Source: Phoronis australis (taxonomy: Eukaryota; Animalia; Phoronida). From it: a stretch of 64,000 nucleotides of DNA. Shown here one piece after another: positions 34,301 through 49,300 of the stretch; the first letter of the stretch is position 1, and the number at the start of each line of letters is the position of its first letter. Both the position numbers and the translations under genes were made by a program. The notes under the pieces are model-generated. The model ran no database searches. It was not told the DNA's origin and was given only the letters and a program-made list of their open reading frames with translations. The stretch is from positions 574,044 to 638,043 of the forward strand of contig NMRA01000002.1 in assembly GCA_002633005.1 (NCBI GenBank), written 5' to 3'.

Positions 34301-37300
34301 TGTTAAACATTGTTTTCACATTTGTTTACTCTAAGCGTGATGCATCACTTCTGCTCTGCCTGTATAATTTATTGTATTGTTTTAATTTAAGATGTAATAT
34401 CTGTACTTGTTCCTTATCAATCAAAGTCTGCTTCGTTTTAAGTGTTGTATTAATATCAAGTCATAATAATCGATTATAACTGAGTCCCACTCTATTTATT
34501 GTGCATGTTTCTTTCAGCGTTACGTTAAGTACGTAAAGAATCTGATCGCCATCACTGCCTACGGCGACTACTGCTGCCTGTCAACACGAGCTGATGATAA
34601 CTCGGGACAGGTAGACTTCGGAGGATCTCATTCAGTACAGTATAATTAAACTAGACGTTCAGTGGTGCTGTGTGCAGTATTATAATTTCCACCTGTACAC
34701 TCCTGCTGAATGTGGTCACCTTGTGTCAAAGGTTATGAGTTTATTGGTTGGTCTCACATTTTTATTTGTCCTCTTTCTAGTGTGGTATAAATATTGGAAA
34801 TTCATTGACCCTGCATTACAACTGCACACTTCCACTGGATATGGTGATTTATTTCTGATTCAAAGGTTTTTGATCACACTATCTTCCTTCGCGAGATTGT
34901 TTTATCAATTTAACACAGCCCAGGTCTTGTACCATGCTCTCCAGGTCTTGTATCATGGTAATCTTTCTTGTCACTCTTTTGGTGTTGGGCATGCATTGTA
35001 ATTTGTGTCCAAAATGATTGGAATCTCCATCTGGTGTTGTTTGTCGGTGGTGAATTATTATTTATTCTCTATTGATGTATTGTGTTGTACTGTTGATCGA
35101 CTGTTATTTGGGAGTACAAGAGTTGTACTGTAGAATTCTTGAATTGTTTGACACGTACTTTCAACATTTAGTTAATGCTCATGTATACATGAGTGCTCAA
35201 CTCCTACTTTGGAAAATGAGAGCTTGTTGGATTTGAAATTGAGATGTCCCAAATATAAAACTGTTCCTCTTTTAAACATTTAAAATTCTTATTAAAACAC
35301 AGAAATAATTTGACTGAACCAAGCAATTTACCACTGCATATTGCCAGTCTTACCCGCCTTTCCTAACCTTGGCACAGGCAAGATTGTAACGCTCACTAGC
35401 TCATTAAAAAGCAATCACAATGGGAAGATCAGTGCTGTTCTTTTCAATTAATCTGATATCAATTAGAAAAGAGATACATAGTCTGAATCGGATTCTGATA
35501 ATTTTTGCGCTGTTTTCTCACAGAACTAGTCAAAGTAAACATCGACTTTAATGTTTTCTTCTCATTAATTTTCCCAGTTTGTCTTGGTACTGTGCAACTC
35601 CATCGGCACTCCTCTGGACTCCAAGTACATTGACATCGACCCCATCTATCTAACTATGACGGGGTCGCACGTCATTGCAGCGTCAAAGGAAGCCTTCTAC
35701 ACGTGGCAGTTCAAGAACCCTAAGAACTTGGCCGGAATGGAAATCTCTGGCAAACGCAAGGCTGGCCAGGAGAAGTAAGTTGTATTTGATACCTTGTAAA
35801 CTTCAGTGCTCTGTTTGGTGATAGTCACACAGGTCCCGCATTTTGAGAACCAGCTTTCTGCACTGAATAACAGGCACCAAACTGGTTCTCAAAATCGAGG
35901 ATCCCTGTAACTGCCCTCCATACTTTAGTAACTGGTTAAAATTAAGAATGAAAGAGAATTATTTTTTGGAGATAATATTCTATGTGTCAACAACTACATG
36001 GTCTTGATTCACAATGAGGGATTTTTGCACAGGATATGTGCTCTATTTACCCCAGTGTATTTACAAACCCATTACTGTAAGGTATTTTCTTGTTTTAATC
36101 CTCATCAATAGAAGAGTGCACTTGGTAGTGAATCAAGGCTATGTGAGGGATAGAAACAGCGTGTCCAGCAGGATATTGACGACGTTCATTTATGGGGTTA
36201 ATGTAAGGCAAGATAACTGAGTTGTACTATTGCATGTAACTGTTCGTTTCCTGCAATATATCAGTGGCGTGATTCTTCGTTATTTGATCTTGTGATTTAA
36301 TTGTAATCGATCTATAAGAATGACTATTCAGCATGATGAGCAATTTATTTTGCTGTTGTTTTCAGCAAAGTGTTGACTAGCTAGGAATGCACACATTTTA
36401 ATTGTATTTATTCACAGGTTGTATCATATTGATGACGTGCCCTCTGGAGCTGGTGGTGACCTTGACTTTAACAAGGCTTATGCTGTGAGTGGATGGGCCC
36501 TAAAGGGGGGGGGATCTCCTCTGTGGAGCTCTAAAGAGGGTGTGGTTCTTGGTTATTGTTACGGCTCACACTAGCAATATACAATGTGGCTGAAATGTCA
36601 AGTACAGGAAAAATGTCAGTGATGATAAACCTGAAGTTTTGCTTGTGCAATGAAATTTTCTGATTGTTTTACATGTTAAGGTTATGCAGGACCTTATTGA
36701 TAGGCTTTCGTATTTGGCCTAAAATTTACAAATATATATATTTTATCTCAGAAAAAGTATATTTTCTGAAAGTAGAATGCCTACAGAATTCGAGTTGGGC
36801 TCTTTATCAAGCTGTCATAATTGGGTCATGTGACCATGTCTTTTTGGTAACATGTAGCAAGAAATATACATTAATGGCAAAACAACTGTGTCAGTAACTT
36901 GATCAAGTTTAATTTATTTAATAGGTATATTCAAGCCAGGTGAGATCTCACTTAGAAACGCTGTTACAGTTCCCTAAAATGTCACTTGAGTTTTTTTGTC
37001 GCATACTCGCTATTCTTAACAATCTCGTTCATGATGACGCGATATGGCTGAACGCTGTTGGAGTTTGAATGTTATGTTTTGTAGTTGTGTATTAGTGGAA
37101 TATTCTCGTTAAAATGATCGTTATCATAATTCTGCAGTTTTCGTAAGATTTTTTCATGAAAATCAGAAAAGTCCAATTTTTGAGAGTGCCTCATGCAAAA
37201 GTGGAACCTTTGAAAACAAATCTTAACAATGTTTTGGTAAACAGTGCATAGGGCATGATAGCATCTGAAAATTTGATATGAATTTGGCCGGTCATTTATG

Positions 37301-40300
37301 AGATATGATATTCCAAAGCTGCCAAATCTGGCCATTTTTCTAGGGTTCTACATAGTCATAAATAAGTTGCGAAGGATATTTGTTGGGGTACCAAAACACC
37401 TGTGCTGAAATGCTTCTTTCAGTCTTCTTAATACGTTCGCTGATGTGTTGCCGTGTGAATAGGACATCATGGCAGTTTATCTTTAATACGTGAGTGGTTT
37501 CTGTTTCAGTCGACCCAAGATCCTATTTGCTGCATCTGTGCTACTGACAAAGCATTGATTATTGTGAGTGTCTGTTTGGGCTTATATAATATAGTTGTTG
37601 CCATCATAACACGATAGCTGAGTTAATTTCTGACTAAACAGCCCTCTTGCAAAACATAAACTTTCTCTGACCCCTGACCCCTGACCCCCTGAAAGTGTAC
37701 TTGACTTGCTGATATATTTCGCAGTGTCAACAGTGGTGGTGCAAAGACATGTTGTCTGTCTCCCATTTTTGCTTGTTTGTCGAGTCTACTTGCTATGTCA
37801 GAGCCATAAACAAAGTACGTGTCTATTCCTGTAAAAGAATCCTGGCAATATTGGTGCTGGCAGGTGTATTGTTGTACAGGGCATCCCAAAAATGTACTCA
37901 GTTCAGTACAAATGGTGAGAGTTCTAAGTTCAGTTCCCATGGATCGGACTCTGACCAGACCAACAGTATAGTTACACCTTGCTGTGAAATTAGTCATGTG
38001 ATCCGTCACATGCTCTGAATTCAAGGGAGTGGCAAACAAACGACTCAAGTTTTGGAGAAGGAAAATTTATTACGCAATGTACTGGAAACTGAAAATCGTC
38101 AAGGAAATGCAAAGACTATTTTAATTGAAATCTTCTTTCAACATACGATGCATTTATTGGTTTAGTGTCGCATTTTGTTAACTGCCTCTCTGTGAATCAA
38201 ATTTAGATAATTTGTTTCTAAGTCAATGATACAGTTGTCATTTGAAGTATGGATATGCTTTTGGAACAGTCTCTATCTTTAGCAATGTAAACTATTGACC
38301 CAGTGCATTGTCCTTTTCACAACCTTAAAAACATGTTGCTTACATCAAGGTTCAAACTATTCTTCCCTTAATAGAGAAGTTGTTTTCTACACACAACATG
38401 AAAACAACATCTTAAAGTACTCTTAGTTAACATGTTTCTGCAATAACCTAACTAGGGGATGTCTCGTAATTACCTCTAATTATTGTTTTGTGTTTGATTG
38501 TTATTGCTGTACTGCTGTTTGTGTAATCTAAGCAGGACTGGAGATGAACTTTAGCGTGATGCTGTGTGCCATGATTTGATGCTCCATTTAAAGAATTTAA
38601 TTTTGAAATGTGTCTTTATCATACAGTCGCTTGTTCAATTTAATGTCTTTTCAAACATTTTTTGTTATGAGGTGCTTTATTCTTAGATGCATGCACAGGA
38701 GGTTAATTTTCAAGTGCATGCACTTTTTATGCATGTATGAAGACTTAAAAATTTTGCAACATGTATGAACACTAAAATCACACATGTAATGAAACCATCT
38801 CTTGGGTTTGTGATGGTAATCTGAAACTCACTGCATCTTTTTAAAATTTGTTTATTGTAAGCATTCAATTTTTAATTGACCTATTGATTGGTGGGCTATG
38901 GCTCACCTTTTTTGCATGTGTGAAGTGTAAAACATATTGATTGTACAGTGACAAACGACAGCTTCTTTATTCAGAAGAACAAATCCAAAATGAACCTGTG
39001 GTCATCTATTTATATTAAAATCCTGTGTGAATGAAAAATCTCATATTATCACACTGATATTTACTGTAGCTGTCAATCATGTCATACATTCATTTTCGTT
39101 AAACATTCATCATGCTCATTACAGGGCCGTGAGTCGGGCACGCTCAATCGCTATTCCATGCCTATGCTGGCCCTCACCAACAAGCATGTCTTGAACTGCC
39201 GTCCTCATCAGCTACGGCTGAACTGCACATCATCGTAAGTAGCATGTACTAAGTTACTATAAACTATTAAAATTTTGATTGAGATCACTTACTGTTATGA
39301 AAATAGCCTCAACTTACTTCTTGCTCAAACTGGAGCTAATTTCTGGATGTGAAAGAACTGACATTTGGTAATTGCTCGAGACCAGGCTTAACTAGATGCT
39401 GTGTCGCCGTCAGCCATTCTCTACCTTGAACCTGTTCTTGAGGTATAACGGACTGTCGCTTGTCATCTCTCTGAGTGAAGAACATGTTGAGAACAAGTTT
39501 GTAGCTGCAAAGTGTGGTCTAAACCATAGCTTAGTTTCTTTCGATTGATACTGGCTCAGGTTTATGTCTGGTAATTTTGCTGTGTAATGTAATCATGGTT
39601 TGCTTGTTCACACTAATGATAAGTTTTTTAGGGTGATTTCTTGGGGCTGAAGTCTGGGAAGTTTGAGTAACAACTGATATCTTCTGTGTGCAACAAAAAA
39701 TGTAAATTAATAAGCTAGCTTCACCAGTCCCTGTTCTGTGGTGCTTGTTCTGCAAGTATTCTAAGATATCTCAAAGACTTATTCAATGTCTGTTCATTTT
39801 TCATCATGATTATTAGATTGAATGGTACTTGAGAAATGTTTATTTGGGTTCACTTCAGTCGTCTGTCCATCATAGACATCACTGGTGTGTTGACATTTTA
39901 CGATCTTGACGCCAAGGTCATTGATCAGAACGGACAGGAAGTAATTGGAGAACTCTTGAAGTTTGAGAGAAAAGACGTCTGGGATATGAAATGGGCAGAT
40001 GTAAGTAGTGACATCTTTTGAAGAGGTGCAGAAATGATTTCTGTGTTGTTCATGTATTGTTTTGCCAGAGAAAAAAGGTTGGATTGGCAGTTTTGTTGGT
40101 CAATGTAGGTTACCATGGGCCTAATAAGCTCCATCCTCACCACAATGTAACCGTAGAAATCAACAAGTGTTTACTTGCCTCCTGTGATTTTATGTGACCA
40201 TCACAAAATTGAGTGAAATAATTTGACACGTGCTATTGTGTGAAACGAGATGTTCCAAGGCAATAGTCATATTACCCAAACAGCGCTCAACACAGCTTTG

Positions 40301-43300
40301 AATGGAATTCATAATAATCCTTGTCTAAAGTTTTGTGGAGGTTATTGTGTATTTGATGACCCATCAGAGTATAATATTTTTCTTTATCTGTGGAGTTATA
40401 CACATTCACTGCGTGTTCGTCACTTTTTAGTAATTACTCTGCTCAAAGTTATATCACTACATTTGTTACCATCATCGTTTTAATTAAAAATGTTGTTGAA
40501 TATTTTCTTTTAGTAAATTAACTATGAATCAGATTTAATTTCCAAAAAATTCTGTCACCTGTAGGACAACAGTGAGCTGTTTGCTATGATGGAAAAGACG
40601 AGAATGTACATATTCAGGAATCTCGATCCTGAGGTGAGCATTTGCTGAAACTTAATTTGGTTTTTGAGTTGATTTCTTTACTTATTTGTTGCAAACTTAG
40701 CATCATTTTTCATTTTCTATTTTTCAAATTGTTACATACAGAAACTGTTCATCACCCTAGTTAATGCGTTCATGTCCTGGCATACAACTACTATGAAGCT
40801 GCTGGCCTTTGACCTTTGTTGAAGTGTAAGGATGATGCCAGTTTTGCTGATGAATGGTTTTTAAACACTTTGAAAATGTTTCATTTGGTATTTCGCTAGC
40901 CTTAGCCGTGCGACTCAGTAGATAAGTTCATCACCAACAGACCATTCCAACAGTACTACTAAGCATTTTTATCATTACAGAATACTACCTCTAATAAGAG
41001 CTTTTAATTGACTTTCACTATTGCCACTCTCTTTTGAAATTACTCTGCCTTTATTTGATTATTCGCAAGTAAAAAACGTGGTTCTCTTGCCTGTGAGATA
41101 TCGTGTTTGATACTGAAATTTTAATTAGGGAGATTTTCCCTACTATGTTTCTGAGGCTGTCCCATGTCCATTGAGAAGTCAAGTAAAGCCCATGTTTGGT
41201 GTTACTCAATATTGTGTCTCTTTATAAGACCAGGTGTTATCTGGCCGAAGCGTTCGTGTGTGTTGTATCTTGTCAAAGGTTTCATGACGAGCAGTATTGT
41301 TGATCATTGGGAAACAACATGTCATGAAACCATCAGGAACAGGCATGTACTAGATGATCATGCAACAGCACTTGCATAAATTAACTTGTTTAGCCGAGGA
41401 TTGCTTTCTTGCTGTGACAATGCAAATGACTTCTGAGTTAAAGATTTATTTCCTAAGTAACCCATTGCTCAATTCAGTGTTCAATTCTCTTTCAAGAACT
41501 CAGTTTGAGGTCCTCTTAATGAAAGTTCCTCTATTTCTGTTTTCACTACAGGAGCCCATCCTGAGCAGTGGGTACATCTGTAACTTCAACGACCTACAGA
41601 TCAAGTCTGTCCTACTAGACGAGATCATGAAGGACCCAGACAACCCCAGTAGGGATAACCTCATGGATCTGGAGATTAAGGTAGAAAATGTTATGTCAGG
41701 TGGTTGCGGGTGATTCAGAATTGCTGTCATTTCCATGAGTATGCAAAATCTACACATTCCCCCCTTCATCCCCCTGAAAATGTATGTAATTTTGGCATTT
41801 TTATTGACCACGATTTAATATGTAAATTGTATGTATCTGCCAGCCATTACTAATATGCCTGGATATTCCTGTCAAAGAATTGTGACTTTTTGTCATATTT
41901 TTAATGCTGAAGAAGCAATGAATAAATCATTCCGTTACATAGTCATTTTCATGACTTTGTTACCATACCCTAGTAGTAATCCCCGACCCCTCTCATTCCC
42001 TGAAGTGTTTTTTGTAGACTATTCTGAAAATGGCAACACATGTAAACCATTCTTGTGTTAAGTAGTGAGAAATTACATGAGAAAGTACATGATAGCATGG
42101 AAGTAATCTGAAGACTGTGATAGTATTCAATTTAATAAGTAACTTATAGTGAATGCTACACTGAGTGGTCAACAATGGCCAACTTCAAAGTAAGATAAAA
42201 TAAGAAAGAGGATTTTTATTAAGCCTAAAATAATGCCTATGAATTCCATTTCAACCACATTATAACCATAGAAAACAAATGCTAAAAGTATCTTATTTCA
42301 CAACTCAATTTTTGGGGCTGTTTCAAAATTAATTGCTGAATGATTGACACTTGCCTGTATGTCCTAAAGTAATATTTGTATCATTATTAAAACAGCACCC
42401 AGTATATTCAGAGATGATACATTAACTTACGATATACAATATGTAGAGTACAAAAAAAGCAAAATTAACATTGTTGTGCATAAACAAGTTGGAGATCATC
42501 AAAGTCACTTCAATGAAGACCACCTTCAGAGTTAACAATGCCTTTAGAAATGTAACATAACTGTTCAGATTAATGACCAGGGCATTAAATTGAGAGACTG
42601 GAAAATCAGACTGTGCATGGAAGCGAATTCAACAGGACATGAGTATCCTAGAGTAATGTTGTTGAGTATTCAGGATTGAACATTTAGCTGAACGTAGATG
42701 TCAACCCAAACATATGCAGATTGAACCTTTTTGTTTTCTAAAGGTTACAACATGGAAATATGCTATTTTCTGGTAGAAAACATGCAGTGGTGTTGTAATG
42801 TGCTATTCAGACACCAGGTGGTGTATGTGAATGTTATCAGTAAGCCACCTTCAATCTTGAAACTTGAGCAAGCGCAGCTGTGGTTTTTGAATATTTTTTG
42901 TAGTGTCTTGCTGTATTGAATTAATCTCATATCTCAATTATTTGTTTGGAATTTCTTACATAGTCACTGCGAGACACACGTGACCTTCTGGAGAAAGTTG
43001 GAATTAAGGATGCACAACAGTTCATTGAAGACAACCCTCACCCACGACTCTGGTAAGTTTGCAATGCCCTCTGGTGGTAAGCTTTAGTTTTAAGATGTCT
43101 CAATTGTTTTTGTGTGGCTGCTTGCCAAGTTACCTTCTTGGTAGTTTGCCCTTTATGCCTGTTCTTAAGTGTCTTCAACTACTGGTTTTATGTAAATATG
43201 ATGAACTATAATTATGTCACATGCAGCTAGACATGTTTTGCACTAGTAATTTATGGGTACAGTCAGTCAAGTGTTGGTCCATCAATAGTTTTCAAAGTAA

Positions 43301-46300
43301 ACTGGTGAATGTTGAAATTCATTAAGATTCTTAATTTATTGCAACAAAAGTTCGGCTAAACTGCCCCATAATTCTGGCAAGAAGTTTGTCTTAGTTTGGT
43401 GGAGTCTGACAGAGCTCTGTTGAAGTTTATTTTGAAAACTTAACTGCTACTGCACGGTAGTTGCACATGATTTTATGGGGGATAATCATTCGAATGTTGC
43501 TCTCTATACATAGTTAAGTTATCCAGTCAGGATCAGTCCCAAGTTGAGCCCAACTTTGGTTGCTTGCATTGCCTAGTATACAGTACAAACTTGTGTGCTT
43601 GGTTAAGCTTTGTGTCATTTTGTACTGTTGTCTGCAGGCGTCTGCTGGCAGAATCTGCTCTGGAGAACTTAGATCTGAAGGTGGCTGACCAAGCATTTGT
43701 TCACTGCCGTGACTACCAGGGCATTGAGTTTGTAAAGAAGCTGGGTAATCTCCAGGTATGCTGTATATCAGTGTTTGGCTTCAGCTGTGAAAAAATCTGC
43801 AAATAATCACTTGATAACTACAATTTACCCCGGCTAAAGAACGATGCTGGTGAATGTTTTTTTCAGTTCGTACTTAGCGAAAATGGTCGTGTCGTTTGCA
43901 TCATAGGAAGAGCAATGGTCCGAGAGCACCACTTGGAACTTGCGATTTTATTTACTAACTTTATACTGTGCATTTGCATCAGTGAGTCACTTTTGACATG
44001 CTTAATCAGCCATAAATGAACTCCATTCAGTCTAGGGTCCATTCTGTTATCGTTTGTTATTAGGAATGCTTATTTGCCGAAATAAGGTGTTCCTGCCCAA
44101 AACTTGAACGCGAATTTACAGAAGATGGTGCTTCAAGAGGCTTTAAGTCAACACATTTCACAATCTTATAGTAACACAGTATGTATTGTGCTTTTATGTA
44201 ATAAAAAGATATAGTGTATAATCTATCCTCCACAAGCTGCCAAGTTCACTGAGGCCAGCTGCTGAGGGAATATCGGGTTTTGTAACATGTGCATATGAGT
44301 GCCTCTTGTCTCTGCCATACATGCTGGTTCATCGCGGGGTCCTCCACAACCATGGCTGTAACTGATGAATAGTTGAGTCAACCAGAGCAGCTCATCGGCT
44401 GGTTTTTGCCTTTTCAGAATGAGAATATGAAGAGAGCAGAGATAGCTGCATACTTCAAGAGGTTTGAGGAGGCTGAGAGACTTTATTTGGACATGGACAG
44501 AAGGTAATACATGATGTAAAAATATTGTGTGAGCAACTCCCACAATGCAAACACTGTGTGCCTGAGTGTCAGAGTTCCTGGCATGATTGCTCAAGACAAA
44601 TAACAAATTGTTAGATATGGAGGCTAAGATTGAAAATTGGTGTCTCAGACAGTGAGCACTGTTGTGAGAGCCAGAAATTTTTAGAACATATCTTAGCTTA
44701 CTTGAAATGTTTGACTTGTTTGGAACTTACTCATTATGTCACAACTGTGGTTCCGCTAATTATTATTTAATTTTATTTTTTGTGTAAAAGTTTCAAAATA
44801 TATACCGAAATCAACAAAAATGACTTCAGAATAGGTAACATTCCAATCAAATGTTTCTGAGCGGTGTTATGTTTTTGAAATTTTATCGTTGGATTTGTAG
44901 GGACCTTGCTGTGGCACTGCGGAAGAAGCTTGGCGATTGGTTCAGGGTGGTTCAGCTGCTCAAGTCTGGCGCTGGTGGTGGTGATGATGTACAGATGGAG
45001 GAGGCATGGAATGCTATCGGGGATTACTACGCCGACAGGCAGAAATGGTTTGTATAAGCATGGTGACATTCTGTAACAAAGCTTGCTGCCTGAAATTATG
45101 TGACATTTTGAGAATTTTGTGAAAAAATATGAGCCAAATATATTAAGTGTTTAGTGATTTTTTGGTTTTACTATTTTATGCTGCATGGTTACTTTTTTCG
45201 CAAATAATAAAATAATTTGCAATTCATCATTTTCACTGACAAATATTGTGTTTCGCATATGTGACAAAAGCAAAGTAGGTGTGACTTATACACACAAAAA
45301 GCACTAAAAAGCTTGTAACAATTGAGACTTCCCTGTGACATTTTGAAAGTGTTGAGACATGACAAATTGTGACCTGTCATTAAACAAGAATCCATTCTCT
45401 AGCAAAGCTATAAAACTACAACACATGAATACTACTGTGTCTGTGTTGTCATTTTCTTCTGGGAACTGAGGAAGTTTCTCCACTTTTTATTGTGTGTATT
45501 ATCATTACAGTACTCGTCTCGGGTTATGGCAAGGCTCTTGAATTTGGAAATTGTTTTTGAGAAAAGTCGTGATGATCAGTTTTCTCAAACAGATACCTTC
45601 ACCATTTTTTGCACACAAGTTAAATAATATCATAGTATACCAGAGCCAAAATAAAATTTTACGTCATCTTCAATAAAATTGTTTTCCACTCAACTGTGGC
45701 AAGGTGTCACTGAAACGTGGCTGTCAATTACATATATCCCCTGGGGACAGTTTTTACATTGTCAAGTCAAAATTAAATTAGAGTCATCATTTGCAGGACT
45801 GTGCTGCTTTGATAGAGTCTTGTGATGTGGATTAGACAATGAGACACCTGGTGTGATATGTGATGGTTTGCCTTGCCCACATTTTCATGACCTACTTTCC
45901 AATTAAAGTTAATTTAAAAGTGAATGTGCAATTTTCCTATTCGGTAAAATATTCAAACTTGACTATGTTTGATTCACTGGCGAGTGCTAAATTGGCAGTA
46001 CATTCACCCATTGGATGCCTGAGTGAACCTCATTTTCAACCACGAAAATCAAATTGTTAACTTCTCAATTTACTCACTTGACTTGAATCAACAAAATGTT
46101 ATAATTGTTTATTAGATATTTATTTAATCTGGGCATGTTTTTGTTATAAGCTGATGCTGGTACCTACATTTACTTGAAGGTCACACATTTTATTTGAAGG
46201 TCACACATTTTATTTGAAGTTCACACACTGTCCAGTTCTATGGAGGCCTTGTTCGCATGGTTTTCTCAACCAAATTTCAACTCTTGAGAATAACATTGCA

Positions 46301-49300
46301 TTTGGTGTTTCATCATCAAAACATGTAATTCATTATTGGCAGTTATGTAATTGTTTAGATAAACATATAAACGTAAGTAATAAGAATTATTTTAATTACT
46401 CTGGTAGCAGATCCCTCTTGCTTCATTGTCTTAAAAATTGTTCATTATCCAGGGGTCAGGCGGTTACTTATTATGCCCAGGGCAGGAACCAGGATAACTT
46501 GGCACAGTGTTACTACCTTCTGGAGGACTATGTGGGCCTGGACAAGATGGTCTACTCCCTGCCTGAGAATCACAAACTGTTGCCTGTGAGTGACAAAGTC
46601 GTACTAATAATTTCTGCAACATTCTCACTCATTTCCTGTCTTCACTAATTGTCAACAAGATGCGGAGGTCTAGTTTAATTGGCAGTGAGAGCCACAGTCC
46701 ATGATACTGTACAAGACAAAAATAATCATACAAAACACCATTTTCCCATAATGATGGCTAATTCTGTTTACAGCAAAAATTACCAGTAAAACCTACTAGG
46801 GTGGCAAAATTCTAATTACAGATTGACTTTGCTGTAAATTCCCCTTCATTCTCGATCATCAGGGGAGACTACTCTGACAATGTATTCAGTTTCTGCCTAG
46901 TCATCACGATGGGGGGAATTCTGGGTAATTTTGTCTGAGTGCTTTTGGCTTGTACTTTATTTGACGTATGTGTGTGGTAAAAGTCCATAATAATATCACC
47001 TGAACTATGCAATATGACTGGAATGTATTATTGTGTCTATGCGGTGTGCACCGGATTCTGGCTTGCAGTGTAGTGAGAAGAGCCAGTTACAACTGACAAC
47101 TAGTGGGTTCCGGTAATGTCAAGGTCATTTTTAAAAAATACTGTCATGAATCAAATGAATGTTTCCGTAGTGACTGATGTACATTCATTACCATGCTCCG
47201 CCAGGAACTTCAATGCGCCAATGGTGCTTGACACATAGCAAAAACAAACCTTGAATCTTGTTTAGATTTGGATATAGCTTCGTGGTACCTGAATTTATTA
47301 CCTTTAACTATGATTCATGTAGAAACGAATATGCACTTCCTTCGCTAGGATATAGCTCGCATGTTCATTGACTTTGCATCATGATACACGACGTGTGAAT
47401 ATCGATAAATGTAAAAAGAAAAAAATAACTATTACTAATTTGTAACTATAATGCTCTTCCACAGGACATAGCTCATATGTTCATGACGGTGGGAATGTGC
47501 CAACAAGCTGTTGATGCTTACACAAAGGTGAGTCAGCCTTCCTGGACAGTTCCATGCAAACCTATCTAGGTACAATGTTACGGTATGCATGACTGTACGG
47601 AGGACATGGCTTTGTATGTTGATCTGTTGGAAATGTGAACAATAAACTTGGAAAATCAAAACTCATGTTACACAAAATAACAAAGCTTTGAATGAAATAA
47701 TATCAATTGTGTCTAATGGCTCTGTCCCTCTAATACGACTCTTTGGTGTTTAGAGGAGCATTGGTTAGTGGGAATGTTAGTTTTGAATCGGAAGTTAAAA
47801 GCGCTGGTTTATTTCGCGGTAAATGGTTGGAGTGTCGATGCGACGCTGCAGTCATCAAAGTTATCAGTAGATGTCACTGTCAACAATGGCACGTGCTGTG
47901 TTAAAATTTATATATTCATCATTCTGTCAAGTGATTTTTACTCAGTCATTATCTGAATAAATTATTTGCTTGTCTCCTTATACTTAAAATTACACAATAT
48001 ACTTAAAAATTAAAGTTCAAAATTGCAGTGCTGTGTTGTGATAACTTGGCTGATTGTGTCGTTATTAGACATTAACCTCAATGTTGGTTAATTAACAGGA
48101 AAGATCAAGTTAACTTCACTGTTTTACATCAACACACTACTAGTAGCTGATTTAATTTAGGGTGAAAAGGTCTTAACAAACCATTCGGTTTATAGACCAT
48201 TCAATCCAGATGTTGTTTGATGTAGTTATAAAAGTGTTTGCCATCAGATTAAAAAGACATTTGAATTCATAGATTGACCTCAGATGGGACCAGTTGATTC
48301 AAATGTACAATAAATTAGTCATTAAAGGCTTATTTTTTGTTAAATGGTTTATTGAATAGTGTAATCAAGTGAAGAAGGCAATAGATTGTTGCGTCCACTT
48401 GAATCAGTGGAACATGGCCATAGACCTGGCTAAGAGCCACAATGTGAAGGAGATTGACTCCCTATTGGCCAAGTATGCACAACATCTACTCGAAAAGAAG
48501 AAAACCTTGAATGCCATCGAGCTTTATAGGAAGGCTAGTCACTACCTGGACGCAGCCAAACTACTGTTTGGGGTGAGTAGATTTGAGAGGGTTTGAGATT
48601 TATGACAGTTGTATATAATTTGTTTATGGTTCTTCCAGTAGAATGTGTTTCTCTTGCCCATGTGAGATGATGATAATGACATCATAACACAACAAGAAAA
48701 TTAATGATTTGTTTTTGTGCATGAGAAAGGCTTTAGCATCTTGCAGCTTTTTGGTGGAAAATATGAAATGCACCCTTACTTCATGATAGTATTCAGATAA
48801 GATCGTGAGATTGCTTAATGTAGTTTAATTACTTGGTTGTGTGCCCATTGTTGGAGTGTTGTTCATTTTACAGTTGGCTGAAGAAGAAAGCAGAAAGAAG
48901 AGCAAGCCGATGAGAGTGAAGAAACTGTACGTGTTGGCAGCATTGTTGATTGAACAATACCATGAACACATGAAGAACAGTTCTCGAGGCAAAATGAAGG
49001 GTAAAAAGGGGGAGGTGAGTTTCACTGTTCACGCTGCATGTGTTGATTGAACAGTTTTGTGAACACACGATGAACAATATACACAAATCTAAATAGAGAG
49101 CAAAGGGAGAGGTGAGTGTTTTATGTTCACTGAATGTATTAACAGCATCACTGGTTGAACAATACCATGTGTTCACGATGAACAGTTCATGAAGGACCTT
49201 ATTGACAAGTTTGCTTAGTAATCAATTATCTACAAACCTTTTTATTTTAACTCTATAAAATCATGTTTTTTGAAAATTCTTAGTCTGGAGAATTTGATTT

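Noticed and set aside
36619-36663. GTGATGA...CTGA...CTGA box C/D-like string
   Set aside because: Only ~45 nt with no recognisable rRNA guide.
37623-38048. 141-aa antisense intronic ORF
   Set aside because: Non-ATG start, no recognisable domain or supporting exon structure.
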